From the NCBI GenBank assembly GCA_003635265.1, contig PYIZ01000010.1:258626-322625 (forward strand): 64,000 nt of DNA. Reading direction: 5' to 3'. The position numbers were made by a program, and so were the translations under genes. How positions within the stretch are numbered: the stretch's first letter is position 1; every line of letters starts with the position of its first letter. This stretch comes from Candidatus Poribacteria bacterium (lineage in GTDB: Bacteria; Poribacteria; WGA-4E; PCPOR2b). Below the pieces are notes generated by a model. The model did no database searches and was not told the DNA's origin. It saw only the letters and a list, made by a program, of their open reading frames with translations. Shown here piece by piece: positions 1-9,039 of the stretch.

Positions 1-1
1 C

Positions 2-202
2 ATTCAGCCCGGCGAGGTAACCGTTGAAGCGCGGGTTGACCCGCAGGTGCGAGAGATTTTAAGGGAACGTGGGCATATCGTCCACGATAATCAGGAATGG
101 GGATCCGTCAGTTGCGTCTGTGCTATCACCGTCGATCCCGACACCGGTGTCCGTGCCGGTGGAGCGGATCCAAGATCAACATCTTACGCAATCGGATGGT
201 AG
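2..202 (+). CDS. gamma-glutamyltransferase-like protein, C-terminal fragment (5' end off-window)
   Basis: Frame 2 is open from the window edge to TAG at 200-202. The translation ...AITVDPDTGVRAGGADPRSTSYAIGW resembles the GGT small-subunit C-terminus. It is absent from the ORF track because no start lies in the window. Confidence 0.45.
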   Translation: MQPGEVTVEARVDPQVREILRERGHIVHDNQEWGSVSCVCAITVDPDTGVRAGGADPRSTSYAIGW

Positions 203-205
203 GAG

Positions 206-1651
206 ATGTCAAATACGTCAAATCAAAAACAGGCAATCGTCATCGGCGGCGGTATCGCCGGACTAACCACCTGCTACCGCTTAGTCACTGAATCAGCCAA
301 ACGCGGCATTCCCCTCAACGTGAAGCTACTCGAAGGGGAAAATCGTGTTGGGGGTGCAATCCACACATCCAAACAGGACGGCTTTATCATCGAACACGGT
401 CCCGATGTTTTCATCTCCACAAAACCGTGGGCAAAGGCTTTGTGCGAAGAGCTGGGCATCGACGATCAGTTTCTCGGCACAAACCCGAAGGAACGGCGCA
501 GCTTCGTCCTACGCAAGGGAAAATTGTATCCCGTCCCCGATGGCTTCTACCTGATGGCACCCGCTTCCTTTATGCCCTTTGTTAAGACGCCAATCTTTAG
601 TTGGGGCGGAAAATTGCGGATGGGCTTAGATTGGGTCATACCTCGCCGTCGAAGCGATGACGACGAATCGCTGGAAGGTTTCATCACGCGACGACTGGGA
701 AAGCAAGCCTTCACGCGGATAGCACAGCCGATGATAGGCGGTATCTACACCGCCGATGGAAAAGACCTCAGCCTCAAAGCCACGATGCCACAATTCCTTG
801 AGATGGAAAAGAAGCATGGCAGCATCATCAAAGCGTTAGTAGCACGGAAGAAAAAATCTCAAGGTGGAGCGAGCGGCACAAGTGGTGCACGTTATAGCCT
901 ATTTCTCTCTTTCAAAGATGGGATGCAGACCTTGACCGATACTCTCGCCGAACGTCTGCCCGACGATTGCATACAACTCGGCACGAAAGTCAGCCATCTG
1001 AACTACCAAAGTGATCTGGAAAAATGGCAGATTCATCTTGCAAATGGGGAACAGCTGCAAAGCGATTTGGTCTGTATCGCCCTCCCCGCACACGGTGCAG
1101 CAGGCTTGGTCAAAAAGATTGCTCCAAGTCTGTCAGAATCCCTCGCTTCTATCCCTTACGCTTCATCCGCCATCGTGAATCTTGCTTTCCGTCGCGCGGA
1201 TATTGAACACCCTCTCAACGGAGCAGGTTTTGTTGTGCCCGCGGTTGAGGAACGCTCGATTATCGGCTGCACATTCAGCAGCGTCAAGTTTGAGGGACGC
1301 GCTCCGGCGGAGTATGCCCTGTTACGCGCTTACGTGGGCGGAGCAGGCAGTAAGGGGGAAGCATATTTCAACCGCTCGGAATCGGAGATGGTCGAATCGG
1401 TGCTCAAAGAACTGCACGAACTGCTGGGACTCAAAGGGGATCCGCAGTTTGCGCTTGTGTACAAACACCCCAACGCAATGGCGCAATACCATCTGGGGCA
1501 TCTGGATCTCGTCGCAGAAATCGAGGCGCAGGCGAAAAAACTACCCGGATTTGCGCTCGCAGGAAACGCCTATCACGGAATCGGGATCCCCGACTGTATC
1601 AATAGCGGAGAGAAAGCAGCAGCCCTTCTTCTGGAACAAGGACTAAAATGA
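206..1651 (+). CDS. hemY: protoporphyrinogen/coproporphyrinogen III oxidase (HemY family, FAD-dependent)
   Basis: 481 aa with an N-terminal FAD dinucleotide fold (AIVIGGGIAGLTTCYRL). Length and overall similarity fit HemY-type oxidases. AGGAG lies 5 nt upstream of the ATG. Confidence 0.85.
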   Translation: MSNTSNQKQAIVIGGGIAGLTTCYRLVTESAKRGIPLNVKLLEGENRVGGAIHTSKQDGFIIEHGPDVFISTKPWAKALCEELGIDDQFLGTNPKERRSFVLRKGKLYPVPDGFYLMAPASFMPFVKTPIFSWGGKLRMGLDWVIPRRRSDDDESLEGFITRRLGKQAFTRIAQPMIGGIYTADGKDLSLKATMPQFLEMEKKHGSIIKALVARKKKSQGGASGTSGARYSLFLSFKDGMQTLTDTLAERLPDDCIQLGTKVSHLNYQSDLEKWQIHLANGEQLQSDLVCIALPAHGAAGLVKKIAPSLSESLASIPYASSAIVNLAFRRADIEHPLNGAGFVVPAVEERSIIGCTFSSVKFEGRAPAEYALLRAYVGGAGSKGEAYFNRSESEMVESVLKELHELLGLKGDPQFALVYKHPNAMAQYHLGHLDLVAEIEAQAKKLPGFALAGNAYHGIGIPDCINSGEKAAALLLEQGLK

Positions 1652-2676
1652 AATCGGATTTAGTTGTACGAATGGCACGGATCTGTCTGACCATTGCCCT
1701 TATAACTTTCTGTGCACAGGTAGAAACCGCTGACGAAATGGAAGATGACTCAATCTTCGAGCCTAGCTATCTCAGCTACGATGACATCTACCGAGATTTT
1801 ACTCAGAAAAAGATGTGTAAGCGATGTCACCCAGCAATCTGGCGCGAGTGGGAAAGATCAATGCACGCTAAAGCATGGGAGGATCCAATCTACCAAGAAG
1901 CTGCAAGTCAGGTGGAGGATCGGGAGAAGAAGTGCGATCCGTGCCACGCCCCCGAACCGATCCTCATCACCGGGATCGGAAAAATGCCGAAGCTGCGAGC
2001 CGAAGACCGGAAGTACGGTGTCTCCTGCATCGTATGCCATATCGACGCACACGGCGCAATGCACGGACCCCACAAGAGCGACAATCCGATGTACCACGCA
2101 AACGTGACTTCCGAGGCTCACGCCAAGCCGACTGAACTGTGCGCCACCTGCCACGGTCAACCGAGCGTACCTGAACACAATCAGGTCGCCAGTTTCAGAG
2201 ATAGCCCCGCAGCAGAAAAGGGGCTGAACTGTGCCTCCTGCCACATGCCTGCTGTCAAACGAACGTTAAGCGTCCATACATACGAGCCAGTCACGGTCCG
2301 ACGGCACACATGGGCGGGCAGTCGTAGTGTTAGCAAACTCAGAAGTGCCGCAAACCTGAAAATCGTCCGTGCGGAAGGCAAAGCAACGGTTCGCTTGACG
2401 AATAAGGCGGGGCATCTGCTTCCGGGTGAAGCCTTACGTGCGATTATCCTTGACGTGAAAATCTCCGATGCCACCGGAGCCGTGAGTCGCCATGAAAAAG
2501 CTGTCATTTCCGAGGCATCGGATAAACCCGAACACAGTCGCATACCGCCCGGTGAAACGCGAGAGTTTGTGTATCCCCTCAACGACACGGAAAAAATTGA
2601 AGCGAAGTTACTATATCGTCTAATACCAACAACACCAGAAACCGAATGGATTACAATGGCGGATGCAAGCCAATAG
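1648..2676 (+). CDS. multihaem c-type cytochrome (five CxxCH motifs), secreted
   Basis: Five haem-binding motifs are present: CKRCH, CDPCH, CIVCH, CATCH and CASCH. There is an N-terminal hydrophobic signal-like segment. The start overlaps the hemY stop (ATGA). Confidence 0.8.
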   Translation: MKSDLVVRMARICLTIALITFCAQVETADEMEDDSIFEPSYLSYDDIYRDFTQKKMCKRCHPAIWREWERSMHAKAWEDPIYQEAASQVEDREKKCDPCHAPEPILITGIGKMPKLRAEDRKYGVSCIVCHIDAHGAMHGPHKSDNPMYHANVTSEAHAKPTELCATCHGQPSVPEHNQVASFRDSPAAEKGLNCASCHMPAVKRTLSVHTYEPVTVRRHTWAGSRSVSKLRSAANLKIVRAEGKATVRLTNKAGHLLPGEALRAIILDVKISDATGAVSRHEKAVISEASDKPEHSRIPPGETREFVYPLNDTEKIEAKLLYRLIPTTPETEWITMADASQ

Positions 2677-2726
2677 GTCTTACTTTATGTGACAACAACT
2701 CAAGTTGCTAGTTTTCAAATCTGCTC

Positions 2727-2750
2727 GGCTTGGATAGACATATCCAAGCC
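2727..2750 (+). terminator. stem-loop downstream of the cytochrome gene (possible terminator)
   Basis: GGCTTGGATA-GACA-TATCCAAGCC forms a perfect 10-bp stem 50 nt after the stop. No U-tract follows, so the assignment is tentative. Confidence 0.3.
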
Positions 2751-2903
2751 ATAAACGCCCGGATTATAATGTAACATTCGGGACTGATTGAGCTATGACT
2801 GTTGCACAATATGATATGTATCTTGTGCAGTGGATTTGTCAATCCACTGCGAGCGGTGATGTAGTAATACCATACCAACAATCACAGGAGGTAAACTGAC
2901 AAG

Positions 2904-3035
2904 ATGAGACTTTCAGATCGTCCCGTTCGACGCAGAGGCTCATGGAAGCGCGTTATATGGTATCTTATTTTGCTCGCAATAATTCTGATTATGATGTGGA
3001 AGATGTCAGCAATCGTCCGCTGGCTGCCCGTCTAA
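2904..3035 (+). CDS. small hypothetical membrane protein (43 aa)
   Basis: ATG is preceded by AGGAGG at 7-12 nt. Translation is MRLSDRPVRRRGSWKRVIWYLILLAIILIMMWKMSAIVRWLPV, with one clear TM helix. It is below the ORF-track size cut-off. Confidence 0.3.
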   Translation: MRLSDRPVRRRGSWKRVIWYLILLAIILIMMWKMSAIVRWLPV

Positions 3036-3131
3036 CCGTCACGACCGACTCACGAGATAAATGCGGATTCAAATCCACACCATCTGTGAAGTTCACCCAA
3101 TCCACAATCCCAACAGTAAGGATATATCACT

Positions 3132-4487
3132 ATGCCAAAACCAACGACTAGCTTAACTTTTTCAATACTCATCACCCTCTGTACTGTCATCACACTAATC
3201 TTCGGACAAACCGCCTCCGCTCAAGATAAACTCGTCATTATATCGCCACACTGGGAAGGCATCGAAACAGAATTCGACACCGCCTTTAAGGCGTGGTATG
3301 TCAAGGAAACAGGACGCGAAGTCACTACAGATTGGCTCGATCAGGGCGGATCGTCTTCCGACTTTCGGTTCATCGAATCCGAATTCAAGCGGCTGCCCGA
3401 AGGAATCGGGATAGATCTCTTTTTCGGTGGCGGGACAGACAACTACCTCAAACTCGCTGCGAAAGGGTTGCTGGCTCCCTACAAACTACCAGAAGCCCAA
3501 CTGGCACGAATCCCGAAAGAAATTTTTGGCATTCCCGTCTATGACCCAGAATACCGTTGGTACGGTGCAGCACTGTCAAGTTTTGGGATTATGTATAACG
3601 AGGACTTACGTGCTCTGTTTAGTCTACCCGAAATCCACACGTGGAAAGACCTGACACACCCTGAACTCATCAACCGTGTCGGCGCAGCGGATCCCCGTGA
3701 AAGTGGGAGCGCCCACATGATGTACGAACTTATCCTGCAAGGTTACGGCTGGGAGGAAGGCTTTGAATTAATTACGCAGCTCGGTGCGAATGTCAGGGGA
3801 TTTTCCGCAGGGTCAAATGCAATCCCCGCTGATGTTGGGATGGGACAGGTCATCTACGGTATGGCAATTGACTTCTACGCGTTCGGTAAGATTGCCGAAA
3901 TCGGTGCAGATAAAATTCATTACGTTGTGCCACCCGATGCCGCTGTTGTCAGTCCCGACTCAATCGCCATCCTGAAAGGCGCACCCAATATGGAGGTCGC
4001 CCAGAAATTCCTCGATTTTGTTCTTTCCGATCAAGCACAAAAACTGTGGGTGTTGCGCGACACCGATCCAGAAGGACCGAAGTGGAAAGGAGGGTTGAAC
4101 CGTAGCAGCGTTATCCCTGCGTTGTACGATGAACTTGGGGACCGCTGTGTCGCCGCCAATCCGTTTGAGTTGGATCTGACTCCTATTGACTACGATGCGG
4201 TAAAAGGTGGGATACGTTGGGACATCGTCGGGGATCTTATCGGTGCGCTTGTCATTGAACCGCACAGAGATTTGGTCAGCGCATGGAAAGCCATTAATAA
4301 AAGCAAAGATCCAGCGAAACGTGCCGCAGCGATTCAGATCTTGGGTCAGGTGCCAATCACAGAGGCGGAAGCACTAGAATTGTCTCGGGCGAAGTGGCAA
4401 ATGCCAGACTTCCGAAATCAGAAGCTGAAGGAATGGAGAGCATTTGCTAAAGAAAAGTTCAAGGAAGCGAAGAAAGCAGCAAAATGA
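3132..4487 (+). CDS. ABC transporter periplasmic substrate-binding protein (family 1-like)
   Basis: 451 aa with a signal peptide ending ASAQD. The pattern KLVIISPHWEGIETEFDTAFKAWY... is typical of extracellular solute-binding proteins. Confidence 0.7.
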   Translation: MPKPTTSLTFSILITLCTVITLIFGQTASAQDKLVIISPHWEGIETEFDTAFKAWYVKETGREVTTDWLDQGGSSSDFRFIESEFKRLPEGIGIDLFFGGGTDNYLKLAAKGLLAPYKLPEAQLARIPKEIFGIPVYDPEYRWYGAALSSFGIMYNEDLRALFSLPEIHTWKDLTHPELINRVGAADPRESGSAHMMYELILQGYGWEEGFELITQLGANVRGFSAGSNAIPADVGMGQVIYGMAIDFYAFGKIAEIGADKIHYVVPPDAAVVSPDSIAILKGAPNMEVAQKFLDFVLSDQAQKLWVLRDTDPEGPKWKGGLNRSSVIPALYDELGDRCVAANPFELDLTPIDYDAVKGGIRWDIVGDLIGALVIEPHRDLVSAWKAINKSKDPAKRAAAIQILGQVPITEAEALELSRAKWQMPDFRNQKLKEWRAFAKEKFKEAKKAAK

Positions 4488-4522
4488 TAAGGTGCACCCG
4501 GCCTTTACGACGATTTAGGATC

Positions 4523-4613
4523 TCTGTAGGGGCAACCCTCGTGGTTGCCCTCCTGTAGGTCGATTTTCCAAAATCGACATTCTTTTGTCGAGATATGAAT
4601 CTCGACCTACAGG
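4523..4613. repeat. palindromic repeat cluster: GGGCAACC..GGTTGCCC hairpin plus a TGTAG...CTACA element
   Basis: 4552-4613 has perfect 12-nt terminal inverted repeats (CCTGTAGGTCGA / TCGACCTACAGG) enclosing two internal hairpins. The architecture matches the elements at 20584, 33133, 54220 and 54289. Confidence 0.6.
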
Positions 4614-4666
4614 TTGAGTATAGCTTGCTCGCCCTATAACCCCAACGGGACAGCAGGGATATTTTC

Positions 4667-4737
4667 GCTCCAGAGGAGCGATATGTATATAGCAGTGTTG
4701 AATCCCCACAACCTCAAAGCCCCAGCGGGGCGACATG
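4667..4737 (-). repeat. paired 20-nt hairpin motif (ACATrTCGCyCCnCTGGrGC x2, 51-nt spacing)
   Basis: Motif copies lie at 4667-4686 and 4718-4737 when read on the minus strand. The same pair with the same 51-nt spacing occurs at 33314-33384 on the plus strand. Confidence 0.55.
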
Positions 4738-4848
4738 TGTATCGAAACACACCATCCTCATAGGTCCGGCGTCTTTGACCTACGACAATCCGCATTGATC
4801 CAACCTACAGTGCCCTGCCACATAGGGCAATCAAGAGCTTAATTGCTT

Positions 4849-5691
4849 TTAAGTTATCCTCCCTATGGCTTCACATATCGTGGCAATGTATCTGCGAAAT
4901 TGAAGCAGAAGGATTTCCTGGTCTTCCCTTGACCAACTTTGCCTGATGCTTTGGGGGTGCCCTGCTTTGTTTCGGTTCTTACGATATAGAGTCCCTAAAC
5001 CGTCTAACAGTTCCTTCAACTCCCCGGCGAATTCCTCGTCAATTGCAAAAATCATGGGAATAACACTATGGGATAGATATTCGGTTAGGTCTGATATGTT
5101 CCCTTTCCTTCTTGTTTCAATTTTTCGTCGATACTTTTCAGAGTAAGATTCTATAGATTCTGCCAACCAGTGTATAGCCCTTTCCGAAGCGGCACCAAGG
5201 CAAATCACAGACGAGATGTATAGTCCCTTTTGGTAAGCGCGTAGACTTTCGATGTAGTATTGCCTAACGACAGGATCAAGGTCCCAGCTAACTCTCTGCT
5301 CAAGTGCACCGACAATTTTTTCGGGCTTATCCACCAAAAGGATTACTTCGTCATCAATTCTAGACTTTATGCCGACAGACGTGAGAAAAATGTAATACTT
5401 GTGGGACCCCATCATGTTGTGCGGATAAGAGCAGATGTCCTTCGCCACTAATCCTCGTCTTTCAAGCAAGGTGATTGCTTCCAATAGATGGGTATAATCG
5501 GAGCACGAACGTCCTCCTCTTTCACCGGGAAACAATACATTCCATAAGCCGTCGACAGAATGATAGAAATCTTGACCATCAGGCTCAGAATCAGGATTGT
5601 CCTTCAGATAACGAAATACAACTGTTGCCAGAGATTCAACATCCAACTCTCTGTGCTGCTGCTTTTCTGCCTCAGTGAAGCTGGTAGGCAT
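4849..5691 (-). CDS. hypothetical protein with C-terminal HEPN-like domain (R-x4-H motif)
   Basis: 280 aa. The C-terminal ~130 aa is helical and contains LYRKNRNKAGHP (RNKAGH = R-N-x3-H), as in HEPN/Abi-type RNase domains. AGGAGA lies 8 nt upstream of the ATG. The gene is AT-rich. Confidence 0.55.
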   Translation of the reverse strand: MPTSFTEAEKQQHRELDVESLATVVFRYLKDNPDSEPDGQDFYHSVDGLWNVLFPGERGGRSCSDYTHLLEAITLLERRGLVAKDICSYPHNMMGSHKYYIFLTSVGIKSRIDDEVILLVDKPEKIVGALEQRVSWDLDPVVRQYYIESLRAYQKGLYISSVICLGAASERAIHWLAESIESYSEKYRRKIETRRKGNISDLTEYLSHSVIPMIFAIDEEFAGELKELLDGLGTLYRKNRNKAGHPQSIRQSWSREDQEILLLQFRRYIATICEAIGRIT

Positions 5692-5795
5692 TGACTATTA
5701 TCTCCTTTCTGCTCAAATTCATACTTGCCCTTTTTTAGGTTCTCTGCTTGTTGATTAATCTCACGGGGTTCCTGGCCTATCATATTTTTTTCACC

Positions 5796-7229
5796 TCACG
5801 CTAACTGTATTTCATACTTGCGAATATCACCTGTCTCTGGAGAGTAATATGCCTGATAAAACTTGAAATCGGTCCGATTCTTTTGCGCGCACTTTCTTTG
5901 AATGATGTCGATGATTTTTAATTTTTGCTCATCAGATGTCTTGAGTCCAAAAATAACGCCTGTCAGCGAGTTGAAGTCGTAGGTTAGTGCACGGTCCTTC
6001 TCATCGTCGAATTGCCTCAAGCCATCTTCTAGGATTAGGCGGCACTCCTGTTCATACTCCCAATCCTTGGTCTTAACAGTAATATCACGGTAGAAACTAC
6101 TCCAATGTCTTTCTCGCCAATCAACCATTTCATCGCTATCTATGTCACCATCAAGTGGAATATGGGAGGCGCATTCAGAACTATTGCCTACCTCATCAGT
6201 GTACCAATGTTCCTTTGCATCCTTACCTGTCAACCTGCCAATGGATCTGAAGAAGTCAACCTCGTCCGGTTTATCTGCATATCTTATCTCTGACAACCGT
6301 ATTGCTCTAGCGTTTTTACCTGTCTCGTAAAATAACTCTAAACCGTTAGAGTCGCCCATTGTTTTAGATGCAAAAATCAAGCATGCCCCCTTATGGTTAT
6401 CTGCATAATGCCCCCATACAGAGGAATTGTAGTAATATTTCATAAAGCAGGCGGTGTACCACTGAGGGCCAAGCAGTCTCTCAAGCTCTTTCAAATATAC
6501 CATGGGAAAATCGACAAACACTATTTGACGATTATTCCAATATTCTTCACTTGGAATCAGTTGTTTGTGTTGCTGAATAAACCTTTGGCTCTGAAGCCTG
6601 TTCCTATAATCTATCACTGCAATTTGCTGCAAGGCAATGTTAATTTTGTCCTCAGTACGTGCTTCGTCAAACGTTTTTATCGATTTAAGAATTGTTTCAC
6701 ATATGCGCCGTACCGATAATTCTTCAGCCAGCGGAGTCTCTTGAGATTCGGGTATACGGCCATGTGCAATATATGTGTCTATGATTTCAGGAAGAAAGAA
6801 TGGGTGTATCATTTGAAGATAAAATTTAAGCTCTATGTATCGGATTGGGCGATTTGAGTTTGACAGTGCTTCAATAATCTCTGGGATATATGGTAGGCTA
6901 GAAAACCTGTCCCAAACATCATTGAACAATCTGCGTGCGTCGGGAGTTGGCAGGTGATTCCAGCCGTATAGGATTGGAAGGCGACCTTGTTCGAATTCTT
7001 TAGAGCTCAGGGTTATTTCAGGTCCAAGACATCTTACATGCAGACAAAGAACGTAATTTTTAAAAAAATTAGTCCAGACAATCTTATCTCCTCTCCACAC
7101 AATATCCCGGAATCCTTCCATTGGATCATTTAGTTGGTCAGGACTAGCGAAATAGATTGTCTGTTTCTCAAGCTCTTGATATTCATCTCCTAACAGATAG
7201 TCCATGCTTCTGAATCTGTATAATTTCAT
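5796..7229 (-). CDS. DUF2971 family protein with ~200-aa insertion
   Basis: All three blocks I associate with DUF2971 are present: LYRFRS...IYFASPDQLNDPMEGF, SVWGHYADNHKGACLIF and KDWEYEQECRLIL. AGGAG is upstream of the ATG and a TTGACA hexamer (minus strand, 7266-7271) lies in the 52-nt gap after modC. Confidence 0.75.
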   Translation of the reverse strand: MKLYRFRSMDYLLGDEYQELEKQTIYFASPDQLNDPMEGFRDIVWRGDKIVWTNFFKNYVLCLHVRCLGPEITLSSKEFEQGRLPILYGWNHLPTPDARRLFNDVWDRFSSLPYIPEIIEALSNSNRPIRYIELKFYLQMIHPFFLPEIIDTYIAHGRIPESQETPLAEELSVRRICETILKSIKTFDEARTEDKINIALQQIAVIDYRNRLQSQRFIQQHKQLIPSEEYWNNRQIVFVDFPMVYLKELERLLGPQWYTACFMKYYYNSSVWGHYADNHKGACLIFASKTMGDSNGLELFYETGKNARAIRLSEIRYADKPDEVDFFRSIGRLTGKDAKEHWYTDEVGNSSECASHIPLDGDIDSDEMVDWRERHWSSFYRDITVKTKDWEYEQECRLILEDGLRQFDDEKDRALTYDFNSLTGVIFGLKTSDEQKLKIIDIIQRKCAQKNRTDFKFYQAYYSPETGDIRKYEIQLA

Positions 7230-7281
7230 AGGTGATGCTCCTGCAATCTGATTAGGTATTTAATTTGTCAACAGGTTCCCC

Positions 7282-8361
7282 TTACCCCTCCCAAAGGAGA
7301 TTAATCGCACTCGCCTTAATAATAAAATAACACACCGTCCCCTCTGCAAGCCCAAGCTGCTCACGGGCATCGCCCGTAACCTCAACCGACAACAGATGCC
7401 CCTCAATGTCCACCGACAGCATCACACGCCCCGCTTGAACAGCAGCCCCCCGGATTGTCCCGCGCAAAATATTCCGCGCACTCATCCGCAGATCCGGATC
7501 CATCGCAACAATGATATCCCGCGCCCTGATAGCGATCGGCATCGTTGCGCCGGGCTCCGTCTCCGTATACGAAACCATCAATCTCTGCTCTCCCAACGCC
7601 AATTCCGTCACACCGCGTTCCTCCGACGCAACGACCACCGGCAAAGCGAGAATATTCTCCACACCCGTCATCTGGGCAACAGGCAATGCCGAAGGAGAAG
7701 CGAGCAGTTCATGGGGTTCCCCACGCGCCGTTATCTGACCATCGGAGAGCAGAAACGCTTCATCTGCAAGCGCCATCACTTCTGAAATGGAATGGGTAAC
7801 GTAGAGGAGGGGTATGTCAAACGCCTGTTTAATGTGATAAAGATAGGGCAGAATGCGGTTCTTCAAGCCCGCATCCAGAGAGGTAAGCGGCTCATCCATT
7901 AACAGCAAGCGCGGTGACATCCCCAAAGCGCGCGCAATGGCGACGCGCTGCCGTTGACCGCCGGAAAGCTGGTTCGGATACCGATCCAGCAATTCACCAA
8001 TTTCAAGAATGTCGATAATTGTATTGGAGTCAATCTGGTTATTACCATTAGGGCTGCGGGGACGACCATACGAAATATTCTGTCGAACCGTCAGGTGCGG
8101 AAAAAGATACCCTTCCTGAAAGACATATCCGAAACGACGCTTTTCTGGTGGCAGACACCTTTTCTGCTGGGAAGAATACAGGGTTTGACCGGAGAACAGC
8201 AGTTCCCCATCGTCAGGGTTCAAGATACCACTAACACAATTCAGTAGCGTGCTTTTGCCACTTCCCGACGGTCCCAGAAATGCCGTTACCTTCTCGGTAA
8301 TCGTATGATCAATCTCAAGCTGAAAGTTGCCAAGACGCTTGCGAAAACTGAGTTTTAACAT
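7282..8361 (-). CDS. modC: molybdate ABC transporter ATP-binding protein with C-terminal TOBE/Mop-like domain
   Basis: Walker A GPSGSGKST, signature LSGGQRQR and Walker B LLLMDEP are present. The 359-aa length allows a C-terminal extension. It follows modA-modB. Confidence 0.85.
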   Translation of the reverse strand: MLKLSFRKRLGNFQLEIDHTITEKVTAFLGPSGSGKSTLLNCVSGILNPDDGELLFSGQTLYSSQQKRCLPPEKRRFGYVFQEGYLFPHLTVRQNISYGRPRSPNGNNQIDSNTIIDILEIGELLDRYPNQLSGGQRQRVAIARALGMSPRLLLMDEPLTSLDAGLKNRILPYLYHIKQAFDIPLLYVTHSISEVMALADEAFLLSDGQITARGEPHELLASPSALPVAQMTGVENILALPVVVASEERGVTELALGEQRLMVSYTETEPGATMPIAIRARDIIVAMDPDLRMSARNILRGTIRGAAVQAGRVMLSVDIEGHLLSVEVTGDAREQLGLAEGTVCYFIIKASAINLLWEG

Positions 8362-8373
8362 GGTACATAATGC

Positions 8374-9039
8374 CTATTTCTTAATATACAACCGCTCCGC
8401 TATCCACAACGTCCCAAAAGCGATCAAGGTGGATAGAAACACCAAACGGTACGCACTCAGATCCTGACCGATCTGCACAAAGTTATAAATTGCCAGCGGC
8501 AATGTCTGCGTTTTGCCCGGAATGTTCCCCGCTACCATCATCGTCGCACCGAATTCGCCGAGACTCCGAGAAAATCCCATAATCGCTCCCCCGATAATCC
8601 CACGGTACGATAGAGGCAGCGTAACAGTAAAAAACACCTTCAACGGCGAGGCACCGAGCGTCCTTGCGGCATTCTCCAGTTGTGTGTCCACACTCTCCAT
8701 CGCCGTGACGATACCGCGCACCAGTAGCGGAAACGAAAGCACAGAGATCGCCAACACCACCGCCAGCCACGAAAAGACAATTTCAAGCCCAAAAAGTCGA
8801 AAGAGCAGCCCCCCAATTGGTCCGCGTTTACTCAGGAGAATCAGAAGGAAAAAACCGCTGACAACGGGTGGCAACACCATCGGCAGCATGACAACGGTAT
8901 TTAGGAGCGATTTGCCGGGGAATGAGAACTTGGCGAGGATCCAGCCGATCAGGAGTCCGAGAGGAAGGATGAAAAGCAGACTCAACAAGGCGGCTTTGAT
9001 AGATAAAACCAGCGCACTGACTTCCGCTGCTGTTAGCAT
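8374..9039 (-). CDS. modB: molybdate ABC transporter permease
   Basis: 221 aa, polytopic, with an EAA-like loop (ENAARTLGASPLKVFFTVTLP). The start overlaps the modA stop. Confidence 0.85.
   Translation of the reverse strand: MLTAAEVSALVLSIKAALLSLLFILPLGLLIGWILAKFSFPGKSLLNTVVMLPMVLPPVVSGFFLLILLSKRGPIGGLLFRLFGLEIVFSWLAVVLAISVLSFPLLVRGIVTAMESVDTQLENAARTLGASPLKVFFTVTLPLSYRGIIGGAIMGFSRSLGEFGATMMVAGNIPGKTQTLPLAIYNFVQIGQDLSAYRLVFLSTLIAFGTLWIAERLYIKK

Noticed and set aside
4515-4736. The 73-aa minus-strand ORF (MSPRWGFEVV...) and similar ORFs at 20513-20944, 20980-21318, 33237-33428 and 54035-54416.
   Set aside because: They run across the palindromic repeat elements. They lack an RBS and have repeat-derived, compositionally odd translations, so I treat them as non-coding.
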